Positions 36,918-45,924 of a DNA stretch of 64,000 nt are shown here, one piece after another. The notes under the pieces were generated by a model, which had not been told where the DNA came from, ran no database searches, and was given only the letters and a program-made list of their open reading frames with translations. The position numbers were made by a program, and so were the translations under genes. The DNA lies in IMG/VR virus record IMGVR_UViG_3300008117_007749. One strand, given 5' to 3'. The stretch is from a virus. Within the stretch, counting starts at the first letter, position 1. Each line of letters starts with the position of its first letter.

Positions 36918-38351
36918 ATGACTAAAGAAGAGAAAATCAAAAAAATTGAATTACTCAAAAAAAAGGCTTCGGACTTAAAAAAAGAAGTTGATTATTATAA
37001 CGCATTACAACTAGCTCTTAAACTTGTATTAAATGGATCATACGGTGCTTTTGCAACTTCTTATTTTATTCTTTATAACAACCATGTCGCTGGTACAATC
37101 ACAGCACAAGGTCGAGATTTAACTAGAACGATGGATAAAGTAAATGAAGACTATTGGTACAAACAATGGCATTCAGACCACGAACTACACTACAAGTTAG
37201 GAATAAAAAATGTAACACCAATAGATAAAGATAAACCAGTTTCTATATATGCTGACACCGATTCACTATTTGTTACATTTAAACCAGCAATTGACCACTC
37301 AGAGTGGCAAAATTTAATTTTTAATGAAGATTATCTTACTAATTTTGAAAAAAAATTTTTACTACTCACCACTAACGAAGATTTTAAAACAAATTCTATA
37401 AATTGTTTAGGAATTTTCAATAAAGTTGCAGATTTAGAAAAAAATCTAAATTTACCCTATGATATTTTATTAATAGATGGTAATCTAGTAAAGGATAGAA
37501 AACTAAACTCACTAATAGACAATGGAGTTTTGACATCAGAAATCAGATGGAACTGGTCAAATGAAACCGATTATATTCAAGGAATAGACCAGTTTAGATA
37601 TGCTGGTTATTTTAAAAAGTGTCTCGAAGACTACGCCTCTTCATTTGGTGTCGAAAATAAAGAAGACTTTGAACTTGAAAGAATTTCTGAATCAATTATT
37701 AACATTGCTAAAAAGAAATACATCCAACATATTCTTTTTGAAGATGGCATACCATATGATAGACTAACTTATCTTTATCCAAAAGGCGTTGAACTAGTTC
37801 GTTCTTCTACTCCAGCTTTTGCTAGAGACAAGATTGTAGGAATCGTTAAGTATCTTTTTTCACACCCAGACACTTTTAACATTAAAGAGTTATTAAAATT
37901 AGTAAAAAATCTGAGAAAAGAATTTGAACTAGCAGATATTGATGATATTGCAATGCAGTCGTCTTGTTCAAATTATGATGTTAAGGTTTTAAATGATAAG
38001 ACACTACCATTGCAATTTGTTTCAGGAGCTCACTTCGCTGTTAAATCTGCCGCTCATTACAATTACTTACTATCTAAAGACAAAGAAATGCAACAAAAGT
38101 ATGAGTTTATTAAATCCGGAACTAAAATTAAGTACTATGTTTGTAAAGATAAATCAATAACTGATATGTTTGCTTATATTAGGGGTTCTTTTCCTATGGA
38201 ATTTGCTCCACAAATAGACTTTGATGAACAATTTGAGAAGTCTATTCTTTCTCCGGTAAATTCAATTATAGAACCATTAGGAATGCCAGAAATAACCAAA
38301 AGATTATCAGTTGTTATGGATATTTTTAGCGGATTTGGAAAAGGTTTTTAA
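36918..38351 (+). CDS. Family-B DNA polymerase, C-terminal subunit (split gp43-like)
   Basis: Motif B QLALKLVLNGSYG, motif C YADTDS, KKKY, KGVE; no exonuclease domain or motif A. Confidence 0.9.
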   Translation: MTKEEKIKKIELLKKKASDLKKEVDYYNALQLALKLVLNGSYGAFATSYFILYNNHVAGTITAQGRDLTRTMDKVNEDYWYKQWHSDHELHYKLGIKNVTPIDKDKPVSIYADTDSLFVTFKPAIDHSEWQNLIFNEDYLTNFEKKFLLLTTNEDFKTNSINCLGIFNKVADLEKNLNLPYDILLIDGNLVKDRKLNSLIDNGVLTSEIRWNWSNETDYIQGIDQFRYAGYFKKCLEDYASSFGVENKEDFELERISESIINIAKKKYIQHILFEDGIPYDRLTYLYPKGVELVRSSTPAFARDKIVGIVKYLFSHPDTFNIKELLKLVKNLRKEFELADIDDIAMQSSCSNYDVKVLNDKTLPLQFVSGAHFAVKSAAHYNYLLSKDKEMQQKYEFIKSGTKIKYYVCKDKSITDMFAYIRGSFPMEFAPQIDFDEQFEKSILSPVNSIIEPLGMPEITKRLSVVMDIFSGFGKGF

Positions 38352-39046
38352 AAAACTTTATGATAAAGTAAATTAGATTTAGGAAAACTAAAGTATTCAG
38401 ATGTAAATTGATGGTTATAGGTTTTATAAATATAACACTCAAAATCATTGATAGCAACTAAATAGTTAGTAACAAGTTTTTTCAAATGACCTTTACATCG
38501 AATAAAGTCTCTAGTCTTACCCGTTGAGAAATTATCTAAAGTTTTAATTTGAGCGGATTCAATACCTTGGTTTATTTTCCAAAATAAATCATAACCTTGT
38601 TCGTCTCTTTCTCTTTTTGGTTTAAAGGGATTAATTACAACACCAGTGGAGTCAAAATATTCAATTAAAACATCTTTAGCTTTTTCTTCTAAACTTCTAC
38701 CACGATTATAAGAATTGGTCAATATTTTAATTACTTTATCGAAATATTGACCATTTGGATGATATAGTTCGTTTTGATTTTTTGAAATCCACTCAACTAA
38801 ATCAAAAATTGTATTTGAAGGCGAGATACTATTAACATAATCAATTAGAAGTCTATTATTTTTTGATAATCTCAAAATTTCACCCCTAATTTTTAATCCA
38901 TGATTACTTACAAAATAAGTATTTATATAACCCCACACGCTTCTACAAGCGAATATTAATGCTGTTCCAATTTCATCTTTTTCAATCTCTGTTAAAGGAG
39001 TTTGTAAAGACTCATAAAAACTAGACCATTTCTTTATTCGATTCAT
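38348..39046 (-). CDS. PD-(D/E)XK-like nuclease with capsid-targeting-like leader
   Basis: GRSLEE...GYDL...AQIK catalytic pattern; MNRIKKWSSFYES; promoter at 39052. Confidence 0.55.
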   Translation of the reverse strand: MNRIKKWSSFYESLQTPLTEIEKDEIGTALIFACRSVWGYINTYFVSNHGLKIRGEILRLSKNNRLLIDYVNSISPSNTIFDLVEWISKNQNELYHPNGQYFDKVIKILTNSYNRGRSLEEKAKDVLIEYFDSTGVVINPFKPKRERDEQGYDLFWKINQGIESAQIKTLDNFSTGKTRDFIRCKGHLKKLVTNYLVAINDFECYIYKTYNHQFTSEYFSFPKSNLLYHKVF

Positions 39047-39078
39047 AGGGGTATATATTAAGTATTGATATATAATTT

Positions 39079-39309
39079 ATGAAAAATGAAGAATTATATA
39101 AAGAATATGTAACTTATTTAGATTGGAGATTAAATGAATCACAAATAAGTAGGGGTAAATGGTCTCTTTTAAAAATAAGTAAAACATCTTTTGATGATTT
39201 TAAAGTTAGAATAGAAAATGATGAAACTTTCAATGATATGATAATAGAACTTATGAAAACAGAAATAAGAGATAAAAAAATAGATGATATTTTCGATGAC
39301 TTTAATTGA
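39079..39309 (+). CDS. Hypothetical protein (C-terminal IRDKKIDDIF)
   Basis: ORF track. Confidence 0.65.
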   Translation: MKNEELYKEYVTYLDWRLNESQISRGKWSLLKISKTSFDDFKVRIENDETFNDMIIELMKTEIRDKKIDDIFDDFN

Positions 39310-39688
39310 GACTATAAAAGTTGATGATAAAATGGTTTCGTTTTTTAATGGAATCGATTTAGATGTTATTATGAATCATCCTAAAGATGGATCCAGCGGA
39401 TTCATCTTTTGTTTTATAGATAGTTGGGTAAAAGAAGTTAAATCCTGGGAAAGACAATCAAAGATTAACTCGGTTCTAAATGATGAAGTAGTAAAAAAAT
39501 TTAAAAATCAAGATATTGAAAATAGTTACATCGCAATATATCAATTAGATGGCACGGAACCAGGAGTTTTATTTCAAATTATAAAAGAAAAAGTTATAAA
39601 CAAAAACTTTCCTGAGCATCCATATATTCCGATATCAGGAGTTGATAAAGGAGCCTGGAAGATAGGAAAAACAAGGGTTTCAAACTAA
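39284..39688 (+). CDS. Hypothetical protein (ERQSKINSVL motif)
   Basis: ORF track; start may be 39296. Confidence 0.65.
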   Translation: MIFSMTLIETIKVDDKMVSFFNGIDLDVIMNHPKDGSSGFIFCFIDSWVKEVKSWERQSKINSVLNDEVVKKFKNQDIENSYIAIYQLDGTEPGVLFQIIKEKVINKNFPEHPYIPISGVDKGAWKIGKTRVSN

Positions 39689-39700
39689 ATATATACCTTA

Positions 39701-40216
39701 ATGAGAAGTGATAAACATACTATGAAGCACTTAATGAGATATGAAGGATATACATCCAAAGAAAGAACGGATGACATCTTAGATAAAATTTCTAAGTATG
39801 GAATAAAATCGCTTACTCCATTAGAAAAAGAATTTTTAGACTCACATAAAATAGGCAAAGAAGAAGAATTACATGATAAATTGGCAAAATCAGAAACTGA
39901 AAATACATTTGAAGACGATAATGGTTTTTTTAAATTTGAGTTTGATTATTGCGAAGACTATGGTGATGAATTACACTATATAGGAACACTTTATGTTCCA
40001 GATTTAGTTTGGCCAAATGGTAAAAGAATTGAAGGAAGATTGGAAGGAAGAATAGTTGTCTTTGAGAATGGACAGATATCTCCAGATTTCTATTCAATAC
40101 AAAAAGATTCAAAATCTCAAGATAATTATGACGTATTTGAGTTTTGTAATGGACTGGAGTATGAATTAGACTCTTTTTTAGATTATGTTGTTTCTGAATT
40201 AGAACAAAAAGATTAA
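39701..40216 (+). CDS. DUF6576-like motif protein
   Basis: MKHLMRYEGY then DDILDKISKYGIKSLTPLEKEFL; start may be 39722. Confidence 0.7.
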   Translation: MRSDKHTMKHLMRYEGYTSKERTDDILDKISKYGIKSLTPLEKEFLDSHKIGKEEELHDKLAKSETENTFEDDNGFFKFEFDYCEDYGDELHYIGTLYVPDLVWPNGKRIEGRLEGRIVVFENGQISPDFYSIQKDSKSQDNYDVFEFCNGLEYELDSFLDYVVSELEQKD

Positions 40217-40254
40217 TTTCAAAATTTTATATATACAAAAAAATAAAAATTAAA

Positions 40255-40749
40255 ATGATTAAAAGATATAATCAATTTGTAAAAGGTAAATTAAACGAAG
40301 ATTTAGGAATGGAACCTGAATTAGAAGCTCCTGTAAGAGATCTACCGTCTTTAGGTGGAAGACCACCTATCAATCGACCATCCGAAATGGAAGCAGAGTT
40401 TGAAGGTGAAGAAGAAGAAGTAGCTACTGATAAATATGAAATAGCACTTCAAACTTTAGCAGATGCTGCTGGAGTTGATTTCACACCTGGTCAAAAATCA
40501 GTTGTAATTGATGGAAAAGAGGTAACATTTCCAGCAGAAACAGAAAAATATCATATCAAAGGTGTAAAAAAATATTTTACCACACCGGAAGATGTTTTAG
40601 CTAACTTAGGAAGTCAATCAACAGCTTCTGGACAAAAACAAGAAGTCAAAGATGAAATGACATCTTTAAAAGATGAAGAAATTATCGACTCTGGCGAGCA
40701 ATTTGAATCAAAAAGTTACAAAAGTACTAGAAGAAAAAACAAAAGATGA
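40255..40749 (+). CDS. Putative internal head protein
   Basis: MIKRYNQFVKGKLNE leader; acidic. Confidence 0.7.
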   Translation: MIKRYNQFVKGKLNEDLGMEPELEAPVRDLPSLGGRPPINRPSEMEAEFEGEEEEVATDKYEIALQTLADAAGVDFTPGQKSVVIDGKEVTFPAETEKYHIKGVKKYFTTPEDVLANLGSQSTASGQKQEVKDEMTSLKDEEIIDSGEQFESKSYKSTRRKNKR

Positions 40750-40865
40750 AAAAAATAATATTAATCGCAATCTTAAGCACAATTACAATATCTTGTAAAA
40801 CTTCTAAACATACTAAATGCGACGCATATACAAAATTAGAAATAAAAAAAGACCATCAAATTTGA
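40746..40865 (+). CDS. Small lipoprotein, 39 aa (MKKIILIAILSTITISCKTSKHTKCDAY...)
   Basis: Hand-found; ATGA overlap with the upstream stop; signal peptide II with lipobox Cys. Confidence 0.65.
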   Translation: MKKIILIAILSTITISCKTSKHTKCDAYTKLEIKKDHQI

Positions 40866-40878
40866 TGGTCTTTTTTTT
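40844..40878. terminator. Bidirectional rho-independent terminator
   Basis: AAAAAAAGACCATCAAA/TTTGATGGTCTTTTTTT. Confidence 0.8.
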
Positions 40879-40890
40879 GTGAATAATTTT

Positions 40891-41199
40891 TTATTGTTCA
40901 ACCTGTTTTTCTTTCTGAATCTTGTTAATGATATAACCAGAGACTGCAAATTCAGCCGCCGCCCAAAGTAAGAATTCACCCATAGTTAATGTTGAATGTT
41001 TTTCTAAAAGAAAAAATATCATACCCCATTGAGCGATAAGAAAAGCCGCTCCAGACTCAATTCTTTTCTTTGAAAAATAAGAGTCTTTCGCTGAATAGAT
41101 CTTTATTAATTCTTTAATTCCCCATTTGATATTTCCCCATCCAAAAAACAATTTTTTTCCAGTTTCTGTAGATGGTTCTACTTCTTTTTTGTTTGCCAT
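40891..41199 (-). CDS. Small membrane protein with two hydrophobic segments (holin candidate)
   Basis: FSKKRIESGAAFLIAQWGMIFFL; FLLWAAAEFAVSGY; ATG at 41199. Confidence 0.55.
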   Translation of the reverse strand: MANKKEVEPSTETGKKLFFGWGNIKWGIKELIKIYSAKDSYFSKKRIESGAAFLIAQWGMIFFLLEKHSTLTMGEFLLWAAAEFAVSGYIINKIQKEKQVEQ

Positions 41200-41262
41200 A
41201 GTGATTATTTTTTCTTTTATATATTCCTTAGGGAAAGTCAATTTTGTCAATATATAACTCTG

Positions 41263-41727
41263 ATGAGACTAATAAAAGTTTTAAAGTTTTTATCGACATC
41301 AAAAGATTCACATTTTTTATCAGTTGATAAGAAAACTTACAAAAGGTGGAAATACCTTATTATAGCAGCTGTTAAAATAAACAAAAACTACAAATCCGTT
41401 GAGATTTTTAGAAGAAAATTCAAAGTTTTAGAAGATTTTGTAGTTGTTGGATTGAAGTATAATGGGAAAAATGTAAGAAGAAGAACTTCAGGTTTTGCAA
41501 AAGAATTTGTTGAGCAAAACGAAGACGCTAAGTGCCTTTACTGTGATACTAAACTAACAATGGATAATGCGACAGCTGACCATATTATTCCTATTTCTGA
41601 AGGAGGTAACAATGCTCAAGTTAATTTAGTTGTCTGTTGTAAAGACTGTAACAATGAAAGAGGAAATTTAGATTTTAAATACTATTTATCAATAAAAAAC
41701 GAATATAAATTAAAACACTTCATTTAA
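41263..41727 (+). CDS. HNH endonuclease
   Basis: CLYC...TADHIIPISEGG...NLVVCCKDCNNERG. Confidence 0.9.
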   Translation: MRLIKVLKFLSTSKDSHFLSVDKKTYKRWKYLIIAAVKINKNYKSVEIFRRKFKVLEDFVVVGLKYNGKNVRRRTSGFAKEFVEQNEDAKCLYCDTKLTMDNATADHIIPISEGGNNAQVNLVVCCKDCNNERGNLDFKYYLSIKNEYKLKHFI

Positions 41728-42917
41728 AGATATTTTAGACCGTCAAATTTTTTATTATAATCAATCTCTTCTATTTTATTTTTTTTCCTTTTAAATTTCG
41801 GAATCCATTTTAAATCTAAAACATCTTTAGAAAAGAAATTATTCAATTCTAATTTTTTATGTGGATTATCAACTAATGTAGATAATTTATTAATATCTTT
41901 AACTTTAGAAATTCTATGAAGTAAAGCATAAGGATCATCTACTTTTTTCTTTTCTACTATATCTTCAAAAAGTTTTTTCCATAAAAAAACAGGATATCCC
42001 TCTTTAATTTTTTCTTCAGACTTTTTGTAACCAGCTTCATCATTATCAAAAAAATATTGAATATCTAAATCATTATTTTCTAAAAATCTATAGTCGGTAT
42101 TTACACCAACTAGTCCAATAGAATTAGGAAAAAACAATGAGTCCAAATAACCCTCAAATACCGTTATTGTATCACCAAAATTAATATTTAAAATATTAAA
42201 ATAATAGGATAGTTTATTATAGACAACTAATTGATTTATATCCAATTCACTATCTGTATCTTTTCCTAAATTAATCCATTCAATAAGGTTTTCATAGTTA
42301 TAAATTTTAAACATTCTGCGTTTTCCTTCTTTTAAGTTTCTTATTTGAAGACCCAATACTTTATCATCTCTGCGATTTAACATAACAATTATCCATTCAT
42401 GTTCATCTTCATTTTTCCAAAACTTTGCTTGATAGATATTTTTATGAAACTCGGCTGGTATTCCTCTACCTATTAGATATTTATAAACTCCGCCATTTAC
42501 TTGAATTGGCTTAAAATCAGAAATAGGTGTTAAATCTTGAGAAAAAACTCTTTCTAATTCAGATAAGTCTATAAGGTCATCGAATTTAGCATCAACAAAG
42601 TCACCTTCATAATCAGAATAAGTCATAACACTGTTTAAGTGTTCTATCATTTCCAACTTTTTATCAGGATCAATTTGCTCGTTAAAATCTTTACAAAACT
42701 TATCTAAAGTTGTTTTTTTATCACAATTAAAACAAATATAAATAAGACGATTAAGATATAGATTTCCTCTTTTTTTAAATTCTGATTTACCGTCACCACA
42801 ATATGGACAGCAAACGTTTAATCTATCAGTATATTCAATTAACTTTCTTCTTCCTTTGGAAGAAAATTCTTTATTTAACACTGATTGAATTATATTTTTT
42901 ATATAAATCTTATCCAT
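41724..42917 (-). CDS. T4 gp61-like DNA primase
   Basis: CPYCGD...CFNC Zn finger; TOPRIM FEGYLDS and FDNDEAG; probable ATG at 42917. Confidence 0.85.
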   Translation of the reverse strand: MDKIYIKNIIQSVLNKEFSSKGRRKLIEYTDRLNVCCPYCGDGKSEFKKRGNLYLNRLIYICFNCDKKTTLDKFCKDFNEQIDPDKKLEMIEHLNSVMTYSDYEGDFVDAKFDDLIDLSELERVFSQDLTPISDFKPIQVNGGVYKYLIGRGIPAEFHKNIYQAKFWKNEDEHEWIIVMLNRRDDKVLGLQIRNLKEGKRRMFKIYNYENLIEWINLGKDTDSELDINQLVVYNKLSYYFNILNINFGDTITVFEGYLDSLFFPNSIGLVGVNTDYRFLENNDLDIQYFFDNDEAGYKKSEEKIKEGYPVFLWKKLFEDIVEKKKVDDPYALLHRISKVKDINKLSTLVDNPHKKLELNNFFSKDVLDLKWIPKFKRKKNKIEEIDYNKKFDGLKYL

Positions 42918-42978
42918 CACATGATATATTATGAAAACTATTAGGAGTTTTAATATAAAATAAGTATATTTGTTTATT

Positions 42979-43215
42979 ATGACACTAAAAGAATTATACG
43001 AAGCCAATGTTGATGTGAGAGAGTCTCAAATACCAATAGAGTGGAGAGAAAGTTTTAACCAATTTATGTTTGGAAGCACTTGTCAGGCAGAAACAAACGA
43101 AGACGGGTCGGTAAAAGAATTCATTTATTATGCTTGTGATTTTAGAGCTTGGTATTTCCAAAATGAACAAGCAATTGAGAGAGATTTAAAGATAAATAAA
43201 ATAACTGATAAATAA
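42979..43215 (+). CDS. Hypothetical protein (C-terminal IERDLKINKI)
   Basis: ORF track; ATG at 42979. Confidence 0.65.
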   Translation: MTLKELYEANVDVRESQIPIEWRESFNQFMFGSTCQAETNEDGSVKEFIYYACDFRAWYFQNEQAIERDLKINKITDK

Positions 43216-43249
43216 AAAAGTCCTCTTATTTAGAGGACTTTCTTTTTTT
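43214..43249. terminator. Rho-independent terminator
   Basis: AAAGTCCTCT-tattt-AGAGGACTTT followed by a T tract. Confidence 0.7.
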
Positions 43250-44296
43250 ATTTTTTAATATTTCTTTTGATGTTTTTGACAAATATTTGACTTGATTTTG
43301 AAATTGGTTAAAAAAGTCGTCTTGTCTATTTAAAGGACCACTTGGATTTAATCTACTTGTCATATTTCCAAATTGAGTAGCTGTTAAAACCGAATTTTCA
43401 AGTCCAGGAGTTTGATTTGAGGTTTCGGTAACACCACCCATCATTGTTACTTTCTTTGTAATATTTTCTGGATCTTTTGTACCTTTAACTACAAACTTAA
43501 TTATGTTAGGAAACTCCTCATGATTTAACTTATCAGCTAAATCTTCGATGTGAGATACGTTTCCTAAATCATCGTCAGAAAACCCAATCATCGCTTTCAT
43601 ACCTAATTGACCCGCAAATCTATCTATCTTTGACTTAAATTGTAACAAAGTTTCTTCTTTAGCTTTTTCGGGATTATCTGGAGTTCCGCCTCTCGACGGG
43701 GCAGAAACACCCACAAAATCACAATTATCTAAGTATAACTTAAATAATTCATTTTGTGAAGGAACTCCTCTTAGTATTCTATCTGACCCTGTAGATATAT
43801 CATAAAAATAGGAGAACTTTAATAGATTATTGTACATATTATATAGTTGTTCTTCGGTCAATACATTATCAATAATCCACTCAACACCTCTTCTCATTGT
43901 TTCGGATTCATGACCACGAGCCGTTATAATAGCAAAAAGTGATCCATTGGAAAGACACTCTAAAAAATCTTCCCAAGCCGGAGCGAATCTTCCTGAAGAA
44001 ACAGCAATTTTGACATCTTCTAAAAAAACTTCACCTCCCTTAGGACCAGTATCTCTAAAGTTAGCAAAAGCCTCATCACCGCTCTGATTTAAAAATCTCC
44101 AGTTTTGTTTATCATTTCTTACTTCTGCAAATTCTGCAGTTGATACATCAGTTGGAATCCATTGTTCTCCAACCTTTTGTTCCAATCGAATCATAGTTGG
44201 CATTCTTAGAATATTATCATCCCAGTCAAAAGCATAGTATAATAAAACACCGTCTTGTGAAGATTCTTTAATAAACTGATTAAACTTTTTAATCAT
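43226..44296 (-). CDS. HAD-superfamily phosphatase-like protein with capsid-targeting-like leader
   Basis: FDWDDN (motif I), IITARGH (II), K, GFSDDD..N (IV); MIKKFNQFIKES. Confidence 0.75.
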   Translation of the reverse strand: MIKKFNQFIKESSQDGVLLYYAFDWDDNILRMPTMIRLEQKVGEQWIPTDVSTAEFAEVRNDKQNWRFLNQSGDEAFANFRDTGPKGGEVFLEDVKIAVSSGRFAPAWEDFLECLSNGSLFAIITARGHESETMRRGVEWIIDNVLTEEQLYNMYNNLLKFSYFYDISTGSDRILRGVPSQNELFKLYLDNCDFVGVSAPSRGGTPDNPEKAKEETLLQFKSKIDRFAGQLGMKAMIGFSDDDLGNVSHIEDLADKLNHEEFPNIIKFVVKGTKDPENITKKVTMMGGVTETSNQTPGLENSVLTATQFGNMTSRLNPSGPLNRQDDFFNQFQNQVKYLSKTSKEILKNKKRKSSK

Positions 44297-44299
44297 TGA

Positions 44300-44713
44300 T
44301 TATTTTCTTTTTTTGTTGATAAAAGATTGAAAAGATTCTAATGCTGGCTTTTCACTCTCTTCTTCATCGTCATCCTCATCTTCTTCTTGACCACCTTCAA
44401 ATTCACCTTCTTCATCATCTGAATCTTCATCATCTGAATCTTCATCTTCTTGTTGTCCGAATTCCTCTTCATCAGAATCAAATTCATCAGAATCAAAGTC
44501 TCCTTCTTCTTCATAATCACCAAAAGGTTTCACTTCTTCTTCACCTTGACCCATTTCCGAATCAGAATCAAAATCACCTTGACCTTCAGACTCCTCAACT
44601 TCGATTGTAAATTCCTCAACAACCTCATCTTCTTTAACAGCATTTACAGATATTACACCATCAGCTTCTTCAATTGATATAGTATATCCACTTATTTCAA
44701 CACTAGTTTTCAT
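44300..44713 (-). CDS. Highly acidic protein with C-terminal LESFQSFIN motif
   Basis: Asp/Glu-rich; late promoter at 44733. Confidence 0.7.
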   Translation of the reverse strand: MKTSVEISGYTISIEEADGVISVNAVKEDEVVEEFTIEVEESEGQGDFDSDSEMGQGEEEVKPFGDYEEEGDFDSDEFDSDEEEFGQQEDEDSDDEDSDDEEGEFEGGQEEDEDDDEEESEKPALESFQSFINKKRK

Positions 44714-44810
44714 ATTTTATAATTTTTTCTTGTATATATTAAAAATTAAAACCGCTTTTGTATCTAAAACTTTTACCTTAAAAATTAGTAAAAAAACAAA
44801 AAGTTTATTT

Positions 44811-45473
44811 ATGCAAAAAGATTTAAACAAATTTCTACTTAGTCAATCAATATCAAGTTCTTTTCAACAAGACTATTTCAGAAAAATTCAAAAGAAAAAT
44901 ACTACATCTCATTTACTAGAATCAAATGGCCTTCCGGTTGATATTTTTTCTAAATTATTGGATGAAAGAATAATTTTCCTGTCTGATGAAATTGATTCAG
45001 AAGTTTGTAATATAATAAAAGCACAACTACTTTACTTAGATAGTGAAAATGATGAAGATATCTCAATTTATATTGACTCACCAGGTGGATCAGTTTATTC
45101 AGGAATGGGTCTTTTAGATGTTATGGATTTTATTAACTGCGATATATCAACGGTTAATACAGGATTAGCAGCATCAATGGCAGCGGTGATTCTTTGCTCT
45201 GGTGATAAAGGTAAAAGAAAAGCTTTAAAAAGAAGTAGAACAATGATTCATCAACCTTTGACTTACGGTGGTTGGATGCAACAAGCTTCGGATGTTGAAA
45301 TCGAAGCAAAAGAAATGAATGCACTTAAAAAAGAACTTTATGAGATAATATCAGATAAAACAGGACAGAATTATGATAGGGTTTATAAAGACGGAGACCG
45401 TGATTATTGGATGTCTGCTTCAGATGCTAAAAAATACGGAATGATTGACGAAATCATAACTAAGCGAAAATAA
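44811..45473 (+). CDS. clpP: ATP-dependent Clp protease proteolytic subunit
   Basis: ERIIFL, YIDSPGGSV, GLAASMA, MIHQP, DRDYWM; probable ATG at 44811. Confidence 0.95.
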   Translation: MQKDLNKFLLSQSISSSFQQDYFRKIQKKNTTSHLLESNGLPVDIFSKLLDERIIFLSDEIDSEVCNIIKAQLLYLDSENDEDISIYIDSPGGSVYSGMGLLDVMDFINCDISTVNTGLAASMAAVILCSGDKGKRKALKRSRTMIHQPLTYGGWMQQASDVEIEAKEMNALKKELYEIISDKTGQNYDRVYKDGDRDYWMSASDAKKYGMIDEIITKRK

Positions 45474-45506
45474 AAAAAACCCACTCGATTGAGTGGGTTA
45501 ATTTTT
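45472..45506. terminator. Bidirectional terminator
   Basis: AACCCACTC-gatt-GAGTGGGTT between convergent genes. Confidence 0.8.
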
Positions 45507-45516
45507 GGTAATAAAA

Positions 45517-45813
45517 TTACTGTTTAGATTTTGGCTTACGAGGCTTAGAAGCTTTCTTCTCTTCAGATTTAGGAGCTTCTTTTTTCACCTTAGCTTTAAT
45601 TTCTTTAGCTGTAACCTTTTCTACCGGTTTAGCATCAGATTTAGCTGGTTTAGCTTTAGGAGCTTTAGGTTTTTTAGGAGTTTCAACTTTAGGAGTTTCA
45701 ACTTTTACCTCAGCAACTTTCGCTACTTTTGGTTCAGTTTCACCAACAAATACTGGAGTAACTACCTCTTCTTTTTTACCAAAACCAAATAATTTCTTAA
45801 TTGATTCCCACAT
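45517..45813 (-). CDS. Lys/Ala/Pro-rich histone-H1-like protein with amphipathic N-terminus
   Basis: WESIKKLFGFG; KPKAPKAKPAK. Confidence 0.6.
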   Translation of the reverse strand: MWESIKKLFGFGKKEEVVTPVFVGETEPKVAKVAEVKVETPKVETPKKPKAPKAKPAKSDAKPVEKVTAKEIKAKVKKEAPKSEEKKASKPRKPKSKQ

Positions 45814-45924
45814 AACTTAAGTTTATTTTTTTATTATATATCAAATTTTGTTTTTTCCCTTATAAAAAACCTCAAAATTTTATGGAATTTAAACACAGTC
45901 TATGATTTTATATATAAATATGAG

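Noticed and set aside
37270-37700. Intein or intron in the polymerase insertion
   Set aside because: No Cys/Ser...His-Asn splice signature or endonuclease motifs; the frame is uninterrupted
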